The position numbers were made by a program, and so were the translations under genes. DNA of 64,000 nt from Sphaerodactylus townsendi (lineage: Eukaryota), in assembly GCF_021028975.2 (NCBI RefSeq), contig NC_059427.1, positions 108,128,001-108,192,000 of the forward strand. The letters are read 5' to 3'. Each line of letters opens with the position of its first letter. Positions within the stretch are counted from its first letter, which is position 1. The notes beneath the pieces are model-generated. The model searched no databases, had not been told where the DNA came from, and saw only the letters and a program-made list of their open reading frames with translations. Shown here piece after piece: positions 1 through 11,323 of the stretch.

Positions 1-253
1 GAGAACTGGGTTTGATTCCCTGCTCTGCCACTTGAGCTGTGGAGGCTTATCTGGTGAACTAGTTTAGCTTGTGCACTCCAACACATGCCAGCTGGGTAAC
101 CTTGGGCTAGTCACAGTTCTATGGAGCTCTCTCAGGCCCACACACCTAACAGGATGTTTGTTGTGAGGGTGGAAGGGAAAGGAGTTTGTAAGCCTCTTTG
201 AGTCTCCTTACAGGAGAGAAAGGGGGGATACAAATCCAACTCTTCTTCTCTTC
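1..253 (+). mobile_element. Squam3-type tRNA-derived SINE (5' part cut by window edge)
   Basis: gggtttgattccc B-box region, gctgggtaaccttgggctagtcacag core, (CTT)n tail; homologous copies elsewhere in the window. Confidence 0.8.
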
Positions 254-358
254 AGGAGCCTGTCTAAGGATGTGCAGATCTTTCGGCACTGGGTTGGCGT
301 TGGCGTAGTCCCTGTATCCCACCCCTGACAACAGTGGTGCTGTGCATTTATTACTCAC

Positions 359-467
359 TCTCCCAGCAGCTCGCCTGTGTCCTTGTCCAGCAAGCGTAGT
401 GTGGAGTCCAAAGTAGCAGCTAGCGTACACTGTCCATCTTTGCTGAAACATACACAGGTGATGGGAC
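359..467 (-). CDS. WDR83: WDR83 coding exon 7 (gene continues left of window)
   Basis: 109 nt; SPITCVCFSKDGQCTLAATLDSTLRLLDKDTGELLGE; TAG acceptor, GTGAGT donor. Confidence 0.95.
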
Positions 468-620
468 CTATAATAATAAGACAGTTATGGTGGGTTCTAT
501 TGTATTATTAATTTTTTACTGTTAACACCCAATGTAGATGAAATAGGAGCCCTTATGCTAAATTTACTTTTTTAAAAATTGATCTTTTTATTTGCTTTGC
601 TTTTTAAAAGCATTCTAACT

Positions 621-714
621 ACAAACTAGCAGCCCGTGTACATTGTCTATCTTTACTGAAACATACACATGATGGGACCTATAATAAGAAGAGAGCAGTG
701 CTGGGTGATATTGT
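621..714 (-). pseudogene. Degenerate partial duplicate of the WDR83 exon 7 acceptor region (pseudo-exon)
   Basis: 621-714 aligns to ~408-503 (tgaaacatacaca..tgatgggacctataata); a 2-nt deletion gives frameshift and TAA. Confidence 0.8.
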
Positions 715-1031
715 TTCGTGTGTAAGTGTAAAAAGGAGCAAGAGGCTCAGCAAAGTCTTTGTAATGTGCTCCTAGGACTTTGATGGCATTTTGGCCAATG
801 CTAGTAGGGATAACGGCCTGCAGGGATCAACTGCATTCTGCCCTGCCACTGTCTGGAGCAGGTGAAAGATGTATGCCAGAAGATGCAAGATGTGATTTTG
901 CAACAATCCTTCATGCTGAGTCTGCACCAAACCTATTGAATAGAAACGGTCAGTGTCACTTCTGCGGCAGGGAGAGTTAGAGACACATAATAAGAGGCAC
1001 CAGATTTGCAGATGGAGTTTGGCACACTCAC

Positions 1032-1099
1032 TTCCAATGTAGTCTGAGCAGAGTTCCCCAGCGCGCAAGTCATAACGTCTGATACGTCCGTCTACAGAA
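1032..1099 (-). CDS. WDR83: WDR83 coding exon 6
   Basis: 68 nt; SVDGRIRRYDLRAGELCSDYIG; polypyrimidine-CAG acceptor, GTGAGT donor. Confidence 0.95.
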
Positions 1100-1626
1100 C
1101 TGAGGAGGAGAGAGAGATGTTGCTAATCAACCACAGTAGTAAATTCTGTCCTGTAAGCCCTCTAATTCTAACATTACAAACTCGACACTTTCAGATGGGA
1201 AAAGAGCTGGACGCATTTACTGTGCAACTTCTGTAAAAATGCACATACATTCTGCAAAAAGTCTACATGTTCAGCTATTGCATTTGGAGAAAAACAACAG
1301 GTATTTGTAGACATTTTGGGAAGACCCTGAGAGACCAAGAGGAGGGATCAGCATCACTTGCTGAATGAAGATATCTATTCCCCTGATTGCCTTGAAACTA
1401 CAATTCAGATCACTCCTCATAGAAGTAAAGGGAGTCTTCTGATTATAGATATGCTAGTTGCCAAAACTGGCCTGGAAGAAAGCAGAAGGGGGACCCTCTG
1501 CTGACAGGGAACTCCTAACTAAGCTATGAGAGAAAATGTTTATCTTTTGCCTGGTTCGTCTCCCACTGAGCCCTGGGGAGAAAAAAAATCAGCTAGGCAT
1601 TCACGTTTGGTCAGGGCACAGGTATG

Positions 1627-1820
1627 ATAGCCTAGGCTAGGTTGAGCTTGTCAGATTGCAGAAGCTAACCAGGGTCAAACCAAGCAAGTATTTGCATTGG
1701 AGACCTCCAAGGAATACCAAGGTCATAATGTGGAGGCAGGCAATGGCCAACCACCTGTTAGTCTCTAGCCTTGAAAACTCTAAGGAGTCATCACAAGTCA
1801 GTTGCGATTTGATGGCAAAA
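1627..1820 (+). mobile_element. 5S rRNA-derived SINE with RTE/BovB-like tail (degenerate)
   Basis: 5S-like head (cagattgcagaagctaaccagggtc...gtatttgcattggagacc), then ggcaatggccaaccacct tail. Confidence 0.6.
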
Positions 1821-2702
1821 ACACCCTCAAAGGTGTGAGACTAGGGCTGACTGAACATACAGAAAACTTTGTACTCAGTCAAGAATGGCACAGAGGAGAA
1901 GAATGGATACAATGAATAAAGCTGAGAGGGGAAGACCAGAAGCAATAAGCATTCCAGAGAGCAAAACCTGCTCTCTGTTAAGTATTACTGGAAGGACTGT
2001 AAAAAAAATATTATCGGCTACAATAAAAACTAAATCAAATTATATGTATATTATAAGGAAACAAAATATTGATATGTGCTTTTCAGGGAGTACGGATAAA
2101 GAAATAAAAATTAAGAGAAACTTCCTAGAGATGGATGAATGTCACAGAATTGAGACTATTTGGTACATAAATGCCACGAACTGCCCATTAAAATGTGAAA
2201 GTAATTTGTTTTGACAGTGTGCAGAGGAGGAAACTATGTTTGGGATGCAGTTGCTGGGCCAATGGGAAACTGGATGAAGCCTTGTGTTTAAAGAGCTTGT
2301 AAGTTTCAAAGTTTTTAAAAGCTTATTTTGTGAACAAAAAGTTAGCAGAAAGTTTTTATTGGAATGGAATGCAACAACAATAATAAAGTAGAGGAGAAAA
2401 TCCATGAAATGAAAAATGTTCACTGATGAGCACTTTTAGCCACTGATTTCTAGGAATTTAGTAGGAAGCCCAAATTCTCAATTGTGTACCTGTTATAGGA
2501 TTTAATGTTAGCAGATAACGTTTTGCATGATAAATCCAATTGCGGTCTTGGTCCCTTTCCCCAAATTCTCATAGACCACTACAGATGAGCAGAAAGAGTT
2601 GGGTAACTTGGCAGATTCCACAAGGGTTTGCCTTTGGTTTAGCTGAGCAGGGTGTTTGTCCTCTCTGGCACCAGATAGCTCTACCATCTTATTCCTCCTT
2701 AC

Positions 2703-2829
2703 CCTGTAAGGATTTCATGATTTGACACTTTCAGACTGGAGATGCCATCTTTGGCCTCATCCAGTATTTGGATGGCATCTGGTCTGCGTGAGCGACAGTC
2801 CCAGCAGCGGACACTGGAGTCAATAGATC
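2703..2829 (-). CDS. WDR83: WDR83 coding exon 5
   Basis: 127 nt; SIDSSVRCWDCRSRRPDAIQILDEAKDGISSLKVSNHEILTG; canonical splice sites. Confidence 0.96.
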
Positions 2830-3121
2830 CTGCAAGGTGGCAAACAAACAAACTCCAGCAAGGTAAAACAAGGAAAACTACAGTCCATTGTACATGGAAC
2901 ACTTGCCTCGGGCCTCTCAGCTGCACAGTGGGTCTGTAGTGGGGTTTTCTGGCATTTCTTTGTTTACATGTGAGGAGACAGTCCACAGACTGTAGCGCAA
3001 TTTTTCTGCTAAACTGCGCTAGGTCTCTAGTTCTCCCAGTTCTCTTAACTCCGCCCATCAACAGCCTTAAAGACACAGAACTCATCATACTGGGAAGTCT
3101 CAACACTACAGCTGATATTCT

Positions 3122-3188
3122 CTCCTCCTCCCTTCCCTTCCCTTCCCTTCTACTCTCTCTCTCTCTCTCTCTCTTGCTGCTGCTGCTG
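3122..3188. repeat. Compound microsatellite (CTTCC)n-(CT)n-(CTG)n
   Basis: Directly visible. Confidence 0.85.
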
Positions 3189-3657
3189 TAAGAGATGAGA
3201 GAGGCTTATTTTAAAACAGAGTTTTGTCTGAAATAAAGTTTTTAAAACCCTATTGATCATTGAGAAGGGTGGAAGCAGAGTGAAGGTGGAGACAAAAGAT
3301 GCCCTACTGGTACTGTTCCTTGCAAAAGCCCTCTCTGTTGTTATTGTATCAAATATCGCTCTCAATATGAACACTTAAGAGAAGCAGGAAAAAGCTGGCA
3401 GCATGAAGGGGGGGGGCAAGGAAGTTGGAAGGCTGGCTGTGGACAGAAGGAAGATGTCCAGGGCAAAGCTGTGCTCACTGGCAAACCCGCCTGCTCTGGC
3501 AGCGAAGCGAATTAAAAGTCATGCAGGGCTCCAGGAAACAAGTCTATGCAAGAAATCTTGCTGCAACTAACATTTGCCCCCATCGCACAGCAAGCCCATT
3601 GTGCATAATTGGCCTAGGTCTCTGGGAACAACTGGCAAGAAAAGAAGCATTCCTTAC

Positions 3658-3706
3658 CTGACAAGATCACTGTAGCCTCTTCATTGAACTGGACACAGTT
3701 TACCTT
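3658..3706 (-). CDS. WDR83: WDR83 coding exon 4
   Basis: 49 nt; KVNCVQFNEEATVILS(G); CAG acceptor, GTAAGG donor. Confidence 0.95.
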
Positions 3707-4234
3707 CTGCCCAATAACAGACAGGAAGAGATTAGGGACAGCTGCTTTTCCAATGGCTACATATAAACTTCCTCATCCTTGGGACCAGACTCAAGTAGAC
3801 CTTCTGCAAAAAGGTTTCCTTCTCACTGATCACTTCATACTTGCGCAATTCCTACAGAGCTCTGGCCTCTGGTACTACTCCCATTCCACAACACTAACAT
3901 ACCAAGTACTTTTGGAGGCAACACGGTCATTTTTATGTCAGTCTCAACTGGCAAAGCAACTGGTATCTTTGGAGGGAAGAGGGTGGTGGTCACAGAAAGC
4001 CCCTGTTCTCTGTACCTATGTGCTCAGTCTCACTGACCAAGTGTCCCAGTGTGTTTAAGGATCTTGGCAATGCCACAAAATGTTTAAGTTATCCTTAAAA
4101 CTCTCCCCACCTTACACACCTCTACCACAATAATGGGCAATGAGTCAGTAATGTCATGTGCTTCTTGAAGCTATGATTTTCAAAGAGACAATGCCACTAA
4201 CACAGTCTAATCTAGCAAAACAGAATACAGAGCT

Positions 4235-4520
4235 TGTCGAAGGCTTTCACGGCCGGAATCACTTGGGTGCTGTGTGGTTTCCGGGCTGTATGGCCGTGTT
4301 CTAGCAGCATTCTCTCCTGACGTTTCGCCTGCGTCTGTGGCTGGCATCTTCAGAGGATCTGATGTTGGGAAAGCAAGTGGAGTATATATCTGATATATAC
4401 TCCACTTGCTTTCCCAACATCAGATCCTCTGAAGATGCCAGCCACAGACGCAGGCGAAACGTCAGGAGAGATTGCTGCTAGAACACGGCCATACAGCCCG
4501 GAAACCACACAGCACCCAAG
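4235..4520. mobile_element. Penelope-like element, inverted pseudo-LTR pair (129-bp arms) with minimal hammerhead motifs
   Basis: 4262-4390 is the reverse complement of 4392-4520 (1 mismatch); TSD AGAATACAGAGCT at 4222-4234 and 4519-4531; CTGAAGA...GAAACGTC core. Confidence 0.85.
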
Positions 4521-4637
4521 AATACAGAGCTATTTATTATCTTTCACGGCCAAGGCCAAGTTCAGTGGAATTCACTTCTTTAAGCATAAGAGAGGAGACA
4601 TATACCTGAAGCCCAACAAGGACAGAACGCATCTTAC

Positions 4638-4743
4638 CCCTGCATGGCCACGAAACTTACGAATCACTTGCCCCGTAGCCACATCCCACAGAACAACAGT
4701 CTTGTCTGATCCACACGAGCAAAGCTGGCTGTTATCAAACGAC
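4638..4743 (-). CDS. WDR83: WDR83 coding exon 3
   Basis: 106 nt; SFDNSQLCSCGSDKTVVLWDVATGQVIRKFRGHAG; TAG acceptor, GTAAGA donor. Confidence 0.96.
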
Positions 4744-6564
4744 CTATGGGAAACAAGAAACAGCAACAGAAATGTAATTTCTTGGCTTCCGCATCTCCCA
4801 CTCTAATACAAAGAACAGTCCCAGGGTACCCTCAGTTGAATGGTAAGAGTACAGAATTTAGTAGTAGGTACTGAATTCTGACAGAGACTGTCACATTCCA
4901 TATTTTAAAAAGTCGTGGAAGTTGTAAAAATAGATCTGAATGTGTATACAGAGTGGCCTACAGAAAGAAGAGAGCCAACCAGGCCTTCTGACCCACTGTT
5001 CACATTTATTTTCTCTCCTCTTTTGAGGTATTAGGAATCTTGCAAGCAATGGTTCTGTTCACTGCATCTGATGATGCAGGGTCAAGCTAACAAAAGCTTA
5101 TTAAGTTTGTTAATTTATGCAACAAAGAACTGTTCTGGGGGTTTTGTGTGGGTTTTTTTGGGCGGGGGGGGGGGGGGGTGGGTCCAGCAGGTAACAGTGG
5201 GCCAGGAGTCCCAACCCTTTTTAAGTCACCAGGCATGTTTGATATTTTGAAAAGGGATGGTGACTGCCACCCTAAAATGCTATGGCTTCCTGCCACAGAA
5301 AGGGGAGCCAAACGCCCAAGGCTTCTGCAGAAGATGGAGCCCCCAGCCCTCTCTCATCTCCAGGAAGAATTAGGAGGACAGCATCAGGTATACTGGCAGA
5401 CAGCCTAAATCCACACAATGACTAAGAAAAGCTCAGGTGCTTACCAATCTTGCTGATCCCTAAGTGGAAAACTCTCTTATATGAATGAGGGTGGTAGACA
5501 ATAAGAAGCTCTCTATTACAATGCCTCCACCCACTTTCATAGCTGTCTGCCTCCCTTGGTAAAAAGCAAGAACATGTTTTTCAAAATAAAATGGGTGTCC
5601 CAATGCAAATTGTGGAGGGGGGGGCCTGAATGGCCTTAGGAAGTGGCGGAGGGCCATGCTGACTCATTTGCCGCCTCCGCTGGTAAAAGGGGCATCCCAC
5701 CGGCAGAGGGAACGAATGTGGCAGCGCTGGCCACTCCCACAAGCTCCATGGCAGGCAAACCCAGAAATGGGAGCCACTGTAGAGCTATGCTGGTCTCCAA
5801 GCAGATCCCAGTGTGGAGGAGAAGGCAGGTTGGGGTGTTCCCAGTGGTGGAGCCGACGTTCTAGACCAGGAATGCCATCCTCCAGGCCCACCTGTTTGGC
5901 TATAAGGCAATTTGGGTGGCAGGAGGGTTTTCGAAAAACCTCTCTTTCCATGCCGCCCAAAGCCTCTGTGGAGCCAGCGTGGTGCCACCTCCACAACCCC
6001 TCCCCCCAAAACAAATCTGGATTGCCGTATAAAGCTTGGATCCTATACTTTCTGCAAGTACAAAGAGTGGATGCAACTTCTGCCAGTTCCTTCCTACCGT
6101 AGCAGACCAAAGCAACCCTAAAAATTCTGCTCATGGGAGACAGGTGAATCAAATATCTCATGTGAAGGAAGGCTGGTGAAAGTCATCCTGCCCCCTTGGA
6201 GTACACCTACATAATTTCGAAATGGCATACAAGCTATGAACATAAATTTGCTTAATTTGCACAATCCACATAGACCAGATAATTCAACTTTTTAATTGTG
6301 CAACTTTTACACACAGCCTTGTCCTCTCAAAGGTATGGACAAAGCATAGAAGTTATTTATTTATTTATTTATTTATTATGAGATTTATAAGCCGCCTCAC
6401 CCCCGAAGGGCTCGAGGCGGCTCACAGAATAGCTGCAGAATGGCTAGGTTATGACTTAACCTAGATAAGGGGATGGTTTACACTTTCATGTTTTTAAAGG
6501 AGGTTCCACAGCAGACATCCTTTCTTTTTCTAACAGAAGATAATCCCTCTCCCCCAGCTCTTAC

Positions 6565-6685
6565 CCTGCTGCATCCAGGACCTCATAGCCATGGCCACTG
6601 TATGTCTTGAGAAGAGTCCCTTTGTGAGGGTTCCAGAGCTTGAGTGACTTGTCACTACCACAAGTGAGACAGTAATTCCCATCCA
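6565..6685 (-). CDS. WDR83: WDR83 coding exon 2
   Basis: AG/GT-bounded 121 nt; VDGNYCLTCGSDKSLKLWNPHKGTLLKTYSGHGYEVLDAAG (WD40 repeat); phase consistent. Confidence 0.96.
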
Positions 6686-6919
6686 CTTGGGGAAAGACAG
6701 AAGAAGAGCTAAGAATCGCAGCACTGTTATTGTATCAAGCTATGGAGTACAATTTAAATTCAAAACCAGCTTTACTGTATAAGTTAAATAAGCAAAACAA
6801 AACAACTGCTGCATCATTTACTAAAATAAACTAGGTCCATGCCAGATTTCCTTCCTTATTTATGTCCTGCCAGACTACACCTCCTCACAAGCAGTGCTGT
6901 TATTTATAGTCACTATGTG

Positions 6920-7112
6920 TGTATGAACTGCTGTCAAGTCACAGCTGACCTATGAGAATCCATAAAGTTTATGAAGGCAAGAGACTTACAGAGGTGGTTT
7001 GCCTCTGACTTTCTCTGCATAGTGACCCTGGAATTCCTTAGTGGTCTCCCATCCACTTACTAGCCAAGATGACCCTCCATACCTTCTAAGATCTGATGAG
7101 ATCAGAACTAGC
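6920..7112 (-). mobile_element. 5S rRNA-derived SINE with RTE-like tail
   Basis: Reverse 5S-like head (tggtctcccatcca...agatctgatgagatc) plus aagtcacagctgac...gaggtggtttgcc tail. Confidence 0.65.
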
Positions 7113-7393
7113 CTGTCAGCCAGATCAGATCAGCACCACAATTACCTAATCAAGTTCCACCCTGGGATATTATTCATTGATTGCACCATTTCCATGGTCA
7201 AAAACTTTTCCTCAGCACTTCCTCACACCCACTGTAATAGCTTTCTTGAGCTAATAAAACACTACAAAACAGGAGTTACACAACAGATCCTAGTTTCCTT
7301 GTAAACCACACAACGAGGATCCTCTGCCTTAGTTTCTATAGCCCTAATAATTATATAGCAATATCTATTGTACAGGATCAAGGTTGCACTCAC

Positions 7394-7496
7394 CGTTGAA
7401 CCTTACAGCCCTGACAGCTCCCTGTTTACATTGCAATGTGTCCAGCAGTTTTTTAGGTAGCTCAGGTTTCTTTGGCTTTGGCTCTGGAAAAGCCAT
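7394..7496 (-). CDS. WDR83: WDR83 (MORG1) coding exon 1; gene join 7496-7394, 6685-6565, 4743-4638, 3706-3658, 2829-2703, 1099-1032, 467-359, continues beyond window start
   Basis: ATG at 7496 translates MAFPEPKPKKPELPKKLLDTLQCKQGAVRAVRFN, the recognisable WDR83 N-terminus; donor G|GTGAGT; upstream acceptor TTTACAG places the exon start at 7528. Confidence 0.96.
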
Positions 7497-8049
7497 TATG
7501 AAGAAAAGTAACTTGTTTCACAAGTACACTGTAAATGATGCTCCCATATGGTTGGTGACACAGCAACATCGACTGTGAAGTTTCATGCACCAGGAATATT
7601 TGAGATTGAATTGAAGGACTGGGAATGCTTTGCTCCTGGTAGGTTTTTCACCTTGGAACACCACCTTTTTTCAAAATAATACATACAACATGGAGAAAAA
7701 TAAATCCTCAGCTCTAAACACCATCCAACCTAGCATTTTCCTTATAATGGTGGCAAAGGAATACACACCCGACTAATTCGTGTTGCCTTACATTCTGTCA
7801 GTTGTCTAAATCCTGCTTCCACCATCCCACTCCAAAGTATTTAACATTTTTGTAGTATAAATCACTTATACACAACTAAGATTTCTTTCTCTTACACACA
7901 ACTAGGATTTCTTACATTTTTTTAGAATCCCGAGAACTTTCTTCCCACCCACCCCCACATTTTCGTAAAGTCCCTCACTATATATTTATATGAAGTCAAC
8001 TCTACTGCCTTTTTACAGAGACTTTCCAACAGACCCGAGTCCCTTTTAA

Positions 8050-8660
8050 CAAAACGCGCCTCTACCTGCAACCTAGTTTCCCTCAAATCTTTAATGCCGA
8101 TTACAAACCAGACCTGAACAAGAAGGGGGAAACATTATAGGAAAAGCACAGTGTCCATCCCAATTGGCTCCTCCTGGCGCGCAGCTGCTGAGCACAATGC
8201 ATTTCGTTCCGCTTATTATCCGCGAGCTTCCCCCTCCCCCCATTTTTTTAAATGAAGAGGAACTCTTGACATTTCCTTAAGAAAAGACAGCTCCAAAGTT
8301 ATATGAACATATGGATGGGAAAGTGAAACAAGACACCACCCCAGTGGCACCTTGAAAGTTAACGTTTATTTCGATCGGCGTTCGTGAATTAGAGCGCACA
8401 TCATCGACAGGAACTAAATCTCTCGAGCGCTGGGGTGTTACTACATTTGTTGCCCCCCTTGGCGGTTAAAGGAAGCGGAAGTTGGAGCGGCTGGAAAGGC
8501 TACCTGGAACCGCCTGGGACGGGTTGCGATGTCCAGCAACAACATGGCGGACCCGCGGCGGCCTAACCGCGTGCTCAGGTCAGCGATGATCGGGGCTGAG
8601 GTGTCACTGAGGCGACGAACCGTCGGGCGCGGAAGGAGATAGTGTTGCACTGAAGGATTG
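8050..8660. promoter_or_regulatory. Bidirectional CpG-rich promoter of WDR83/WDR83OS
   Basis: CpG enrichment; tandem ETS GGAAGCGGAAGT 8471-8482; YY1-like AACATGGCGG 8541-8550; CCAAT ~8160; lies between divergent start codons. Confidence 0.75.
8529..8578 (+). CDS. WDR83OS: WDR83OS (Asterix/PAT10) exon 1; gene join 8529-8578, 10800-10905, 16518-16615, 17312-17378 (106 aa)
   Basis: MSSNNMADPRRPNRVL(R); donor AG|GTCAGC; spliced total 321 nt = 106 aa + stop. Confidence 0.95.
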
Positions 8661-9340
8661 TAGTGATACGAAAGGGGGCGCTGAGGTGTATATGGAGTCA
8701 CTTTAAAGATAGCAGAGAAGGCAGTGAGGACACTGTGGGAACAGGTTAGAAAGGGCTGAAGCTGTTTCCCTGGTGATCAGGAAGGGGGGGGGGGGGCAGA
8801 GCAGCAGCATCGCGGGAGGGGGAAGGGCTAAGGCAAGAGGTGACGTGAGCCTGAAGGGTTTATCTTTTCGATCAAAGTGAAATCTAAATTGTAGTCAGTT
8901 CAAAGTCAATAGGGATACCCAGTTCACGTATAAAGGAGGAGGGCTTGCGTTCCTGCTGGTGGATACTGTTAATCAGGGGAACTGGGACGGTCAAGACTGC
9001 TCAGGAGATCTGTATATTCCCCTTTGTCGTCTTGTTAATTTAATGGCTTAATAAAGTGGTACGTTTTTGCTGTATTGAAAAGAGAATTGAATCACTTGAA
9101 ATTGAATCACTTGAAAAACACAAAACTACATGATTATTTCAGTGGTGTAGAATAACTGAAGGACTGTAAGAACCTTTGCAAAATTTCAGGAGCAGTTGCA
9201 TCACTCATTACATCCCAGATGCTAACTATTAGGTGTGGTCGTGTTTGCGTAATCACCTTGAACACAGGAGCAAAGGTCATGGTCCATGTTGACTTCTTGT
9301 GACAAAATAATTCAATTTGAGCATTTAGAAAGGGGGGGAG

Positions 9341-9561
9341 GTAAAGGTATCACCTGTGCAAGCACTGGGTCATTACTGACCTATGGGATGACATGACAAG
9401 AGGCTGTTCCCAGTCAGCTACACTTTACCCCCAGCAGGTGGGTACTAATTTTACCGACCTTGAAAGAATGAAAGGCTGAGTCAACCTTGAGCTGGCTATC
9501 TGAACCTGACCTCCGTTGGTATTGAACGCAGGTTGTGAGCAGAGCTTTGACTGCAGTACTG
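9341..9561 (-). mobile_element. Sauria-type SINE (internally deleted)
   Basis: gtaaaggt tail, ggtactaattttaccgacct...aaggctgagtcaaccttgag core; homologous to 13107-13372. Confidence 0.7.
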
Positions 9562-10535
9562 TAGGAGAGACTGGAGAGATACTGAACAGGGTGGTAGAAG
9601 CGTATGTATGGACTGAGATCTTTCAGATTGTGCACTTGGAGGACATTGGTATGCTCTGGGGTAAAGACTATTGATTTCATCCCTTGCCCTTTTTATTAAT
9701 TTATATACTTCATTTATACCCCTCCTTTCTCCCTAACAGGGACCCAAACTATCTTACATTGTTCTCCATTTCACCATTACAATGACCCTATGATTAGCCT
9801 GACCGTGTATGACTGGCCCAAGGTCACCCAGCAAGCTTCTGTGAAAGAGTGGGCATCTGAACTTGGGTTTTCCAGATTCTAGTCCAACCCTAAAACCACT
9901 GCCTGTCTTGCAACTAGGGTGAAGAATTGACTAGTGTGGTGCACTAAAAAAAAGGTGCACATCTTTACGTAGACATCCACAAGTTCTCCTTCTCCATCAG
10001 CATTACTCTAATTCAGCTATGTAAATTAACTCAAGCTATACAGGGGAGAGGGGGCCCTTCATATTGTTTCATATTACTTTACTACTTAGAAAATCCAATT
10101 GTAATCGACTCTTTGAACCTATATTGTGCTACCCTTATCTTAAAGATAGCTGGTTTCTGATAGGTTAGCGTAAACGTGCTTCATATTGAATAGTTCAAGA
10201 ATATCAAAATGTCAAGAAGGCTCATAAGCTCATAAATAACATGCAGATTTCACAGTATTGGGGCACTGACTTGCTATATAACCATTTGAATGACTTAACT
10301 GCACCTACATAAATGGAGCTGAATTCTGCTTTCCCCCCCTTATATAAAAAGGCCTCCTTCTGGCTTAAGCAAATGACCTCTTGAGTACAAATTGGCAGTG
10401 GTACAATTTTTATTCAAATTTAAGAAAGATGTGTTAGGTGTTTCAAGAGCTGTGAAGACCTTACCTTACATGAAACTCATGTGAGTACTGTGGAGGTGTT
10501 GGCACCACTTCTCCCATGGACACTGGGGCAAGTAC

Positions 10536-10636
10536 CAGTGGTGGGATTCAACAGGTTTGCACCACTTCGGTAGAACCGGTTGTTAAAATGGTGCTTGTAA
10601 ATAACCAGTTGTTAAATTATTTGAATCCCACCACTG
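10536..10636. mobile_element. hAT-type MITE
   Basis: TIR CAGTGGTGGGATTCAA / TTGAATCCCACCACTG; 8-bp TSD GCAAGTAC on both sides. Confidence 0.88.
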
Positions 10637-10799
10637 GCAAGTACCCTATGAATAATGTTAACCTGCGATGGCAAGAAATATGTAGCAGGGAAGCGTACTA
10701 TATGTAAATTTGCTCCAGTCTTGATAATGCTAATGTTTTATTTCCAAGCATACTATTGTGTTTTCTTTTTCTTACAATGGTCACTTCTCCCACTTATAG

Positions 10800-10905
10800 G
10801 TACAAGCCTCCATCTACAGAGAACAATCCTACCTTGGAAGACCCTACACCAGACTACATGAATTTACTGGGAATGATTTTCAGTATGTGTGGCTTGATGT
10901 TGAAG
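10800..10905 (+). CDS. WDR83OS: WDR83OS exon 2
   Basis: [35 protein letters not shown]; TAG acceptor, GTAAGC donor. Confidence 0.96.
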
Positions 10906-11182
10906 GTAAGCAGTGGGCAGACAGTCCTTTGACCTCAAGGATACTGATTGAACAAATGATGCTCAATATTCTTTCAGCTTCCCATTAACATGTAACTGTT
11001 AAATTTGATATGGCACAATATGGTTCTACAGAGTTTCAGATGATCCGTCACAAAGTCTCCCAAGTTAGGTAAATTTGCACTTATGTTTTAGCTACATTGC
11101 TGGGGTTTATAAAATCCACAGCTTTTCCTCCTGGGCTGTTTAGAGTTGGATTAACTTATTTGTTTTAAACTTAGCTATCTCT

Positions 11183-11323
11183 GGCTCATTCCGCACATGC
11201 AGAATAATGCACTTTCAAACTGCTTTCAGTGCTCTTTGAAGCTGTGCGGAATGGCAAAATCCACCTGCAAACAGTTGTGAAAGTGGTTTGAAAACGCATT
11301 ATTTTGCGTGTGCGGAAGGGGCT
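11183..11323. mobile_element. MITE, PIF/Harbinger-like
   Basis: TIR ggctcattccgcacatgcagaataatgc / gcattattttgcgtgtgcggaaggggct; 3-bp TSD TCT. Confidence 0.75.

Noticed and set aside
5595-6161. Cluster of 70-165 aa ORFs
   Set aside because: Falls within a GC-rich non-autonomous TIR element; no transposase or other motifs
6920-7112. 5S rRNA or tRNA gene calls for SINE heads (also 1627 and 22119)
   Set aside because: Degenerate and fused to LINE-derived tails, so SINEs rather than functional RNA genes
9086-9115. 15-bp tandem duplication AATTGAATCACTTGA (similar one at ~7865-7915)
   Set aside because: Ordinary slippage duplication with no functional signal
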